DNA of 64,000 bases from Squalus acanthias (taxonomy: Eukaryota): the NCBI GenBank assembly GCA_030390025.1, contig CM059432.1, positions 66,776,001-66,840,000 of the forward strand. Reading direction: 5' to 3'. The notes under the pieces are model-generated. The model was given only the letters and a program-made list of their open reading frames with translations, made no database searches and was not told where the DNA came from. Numbering within the stretch: position 1 is the stretch's first letter; the number at the start of each line of letters is the position of its first letter. Shown here piece by piece: positions 60,958-64,000 of the stretch. The position numbers and the translations under genes were made by a program.

Positions 60958-63165
60958 GGCCTAGAAATTCGTGACTGCTACAAAAGCTGCCAGTGCCATC
61001 GCGGCTGGGTGTTAATGTCCGCCAAAAATGGTGGTGCTGGCAGGACCAAAAAATTGGCAGTGGGGACTAAGTAACATTAGCCCAGTGCTTAACTCTCTGT
61101 GCAACACCATCCTGGTGGCGTTCGTCCGGCAGGAGGCCCTAATGTAGCTTGGCCGATGTGTCGGTGCAGCTAGAACGGCCTCTCTGAAAGCAAGGCTGTC
61201 ATTTCAGAAAGCATTGTCAGTTTCTTAAAGAGGCAATGGCTTCTGAAATGAAAAAAATAAAAATGATGTAAAAATTTGCAGTTTTCAGCCCTTACAGCTC
61301 AACTGCCTTCTGCAAAAAAAAAATTAACATTTAAAAGAATTCCCAAATGGGAGTCTTTAGCTCTTAAAGCTGAATTCCCTTCCACGCCTAAAAAAAAATA
61401 GGAAAATGCTTCATAACTAACAGAAATGGCAGAGCAAGCCAGGAGAGGTTCTCTACCCACAAGGACCAGGAGGCCCTCCAGAAAGAACAATGTGGGACCA
61501 CATCACCGAGGCCGTCACTGCAAGCAGTGTTGCCCCCAGCACCTGGCTCCAGTGCCCGAAGAGGCTTCATGGCCTCTGACCACTGGTCAAGGTCAGTGAA
61601 TGCATCTTTAAAAGCCATCTCCTACCAGCTGCATCACTAGCCTCACACACTGCTCAATGCATGACTCCCGCCCCACCAATCTGTACCAAATACAAAGCCT
61701 ACACCTCCTATTCCTAGCTTCACCTCAGCCCCTTGGAGGAGCCGGAGCTGGCCATTCTTGGCAGTGGCATGGATGAGCCCTTGGCCCAGGGCTGGGCTGA
61801 AAGGATACAAGATGCTGGTATTCTCATATGTTATCCTCCTTCTGGTATGCACCTCTTGCTTTCCCGCCCTCTCCTCACCACAACTCCTCCCTTGTGCCTT
61901 CCTCATTTCACACACCCAAGAAATGCAGCCTGCCCAGCCAGTGGTTGAACAAGAAGAGAGAGAGGAGAGAGAAGAAGAAGAAGAAGAAGAAGAAGAAGAA
62001 GAAGAAGAAGAAGAAGAAGAAGAAGAAGAAACACTGTCACTCGATTTCACACACCCAGCCACCAGCTCCTCAAGGTCGACCAGCAGGGCCATTTGCAGCG
62101 TAGCCCACTGAAAGTCAGCAGCCTTCCACCAGCCATGCTGCAGCCACTGGGGTAGCACTGCGTGACATCAGTACGATAGGCAAAGGCACACACAAGACAG
62201 TCACTAAGGGAATGCGTAAGGGTGATGAGTTGATTTCTTGATGTCATATTGGATAGATAGATGTATAAAGTTGGATTGGAAAGTTTGCTTTGTGGTGACT
62301 TTTATTTCAGCATTGTGGCCAAGAGGATGCTGTGATGATCAGTAACAGAGGGAAGGGAACGTTTGGGACGAATGTTGAAAGGGGAATTCGGGTTGTAGTC
62401 ACTGGTACCGCAGGCGGATGATTCCATCCCAGATATCCCAGCCAGAAAGGTTGAATCCTTCCTTCTGCTTCATCCTCTTCTGCATCTTCCTCTTCTGCGT
62501 CTTGCTCTTCTGCGTCTTGCTCTTCCCTCTGCGAGCAGATGCTGTAAATCTGATATAAAAGCATAAAATGCTGGAAATACTCAGCAGGTCAGGCAGCATC
62601 TCAACCTGAGACGTGAACTCTGTTTCTCTCTCCACGGTTGCTGCCTGACCTGCTGAGTATTTCCAGCATTTTCTGTCTTCTCAAAGGCCTTCCTTTACCA
62701 TCCGTGGCCTTGCAAGTGTCTAGCAGCACTCCCTGTACTCCCTACTTTAGTTTAAACATGTATTGCAGCAAGCCACTACTACAATAAAATTAAAAAAAAT
62801 CCTGTCCAAAAGCTTAAATGTAAACTTACCTGAAAGATGTGTGTGTCCCTTTCAGAGATGCTGACAGCGTCTCTGTCAGTCTGATGAATGCTGTGTTTTC
62901 ATAGTGAGCTTAGGGCCCAGTGCTGAACTCAACGCTAAGGTCGAAGTACGCTGAGGTGATGTTAAGTCGCCGTTGCACGCTGACTGACGTCGCCATTTCT
63001 TCATTTACATTTCCAGGGCCAGCATTGCTATCGGCAGCGCTAAGGCCCTTACCAAAATGGCGGCCGCTGAGTCCCGCGCCGAGAAGGGTGCTAGAGTGGC
63101 GGCCGCCATTTTTCAACAGGATTGCGGCGGTTACTTGTGGTGGTAAGTGGCCCAATTTCTAGGCC
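60958..63165. mobile_element. Non-autonomous Harbinger derivative with Myb remnants (+) and a transposase C-terminal remnant (-)
   Basis: Perfect 12-bp TIR GGCCTAGAAATT. ATGGCAGAGCAAGCC at ~61426 and a decayed QCRKRF-type segment. TSD not matched (TTT/CTG). Confidence 0.8.
61971..62030 (+). repeat. (GAA)20 microsatellite
   Basis: 60 nt of uninterrupted GAA inside the Myb remnant. Confidence 0.95.
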
Positions 63166-63176
63166 CTGATCTTGTC

Positions 63177-63492
63177 TTCCGGCTGAGACGTTAAATCGAG
63201 GCCCCATCTGCCCTCTCAGGTGGACATTAAAATTCCATGGCACTATTTCGAAGAAGAGCATAGAAGTTCTCCCGGCATCCTAGCCAACATTTATCCCTCA
63301 ACCAACAGCACCAAAACAGATTATCTGATCTCATTGCTGTTTGTGAGACCATGCTGTGTGCAAATTGGCTGCTGCATTTCCTACATTACAACAGTGACTA
63401 CATTTCTAAAGGGTAATTTGGTTGTAAAGTGCTTTGGGATGTCCTGAGGTCATGAAAGGCGCTTTATGAATGTGAGTCTTTCTTTTCTTTTT
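63177..63492 (+). mobile_element. DeuSINE-like SINE, 5'-truncated
   Basis: Core and tail homologous to ~54890-55173. Confidence 0.8.
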
Positions 63493-64000
63493 TGGCTTCA
63501 AATTCATACATTGGCGAATTGCAAGGAAGGTGGCAGAAGGAGGTGATTTCTCAGATGTCGAACTACAGACCTGGACAAGATCTGCCATAGGAGAGACCGC
63601 CAGCTGGGCTTGTAATCACCATAGTCATATGTAAAGAGGTGGCAGTGGTGCTGAGTGCCACCTCTCAATCCCCAGGACAGTGGACCAGTGCCGGAAAAAG
63701 TGACTTGGTAGGCATGGTAAGAGAAGGGAGGCCTTCACCTTTTCATTTTGGCATCATGGGACCCGCTCACTGTTTAAATGGAATAAAATGTCTTTGTTTG
63801 CAGTACGCCATGGTTCAAGGACTCTCTGACTCTTCCACCTCGAAGTTGTGTTTGGAGCTCCCTTCAGAAGCTCTTCTTGCATGAAGCTTCTTGCGACTCC
63901 AAGCTCTCATGTTACAGGGTCCTTCTAGCATTTGTCCTTCTGGATGCATCACCTGTCTGCTGCCACCTCAAAGATTCCCTTCAGATGCTTACTTTCATCT

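Noticed and set aside
63500..64000. Gene-like, higher-complexity sequence at the window end
   Set aside because: No long ORF or recognisable motif. Left unassigned.

Overview
This is a 64-kb vertebrate window that is non-genic as far as I can see. It is most likely from a cartilaginous fish (inference from HE1/V-SINE, SacSINE1/DeuSINE-like SINEs and shark-type CR1/RTE/Penelope families). No host protein-coding exon could be supported; the window is dominated by transposable elements. (1) PIF/Harbinger DNA transposons: one near full-length two-gene copy (17745-22220, decayed HARBI1-type transposase plus a convergent spliced Myb/SANT gene), several Myb-retaining deletion derivatives, and young GC-rich MITEs with 3-bp TSDs. 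(2) A Penelope-like element with a long open RT+GIY-YIG frame, a 5' inversion and a minimal hammerhead ribozyme. (3) An RTE LINE, several CR1 and L2 LINEs, SINEs and hAT MITEs. The most notable observations are: two different Harbinger MITEs inserted in opposite orientation at the identical nucleotide of two separate CR1 copies (target specificity); a Harbinger subfamily carrying a captured 36-bp-stem Penelope pLTR hairpin in two copies; an intact-looking sense-oriented hammerhead inside the Myb-gene intron; a five-layer nested insertion; and recurrent CRE/TATA/splice-donor and YY1-like modules in Harbinger subtermini. Family names come from motif recognition, not database searches. Boundaries of old fragments are approximate.
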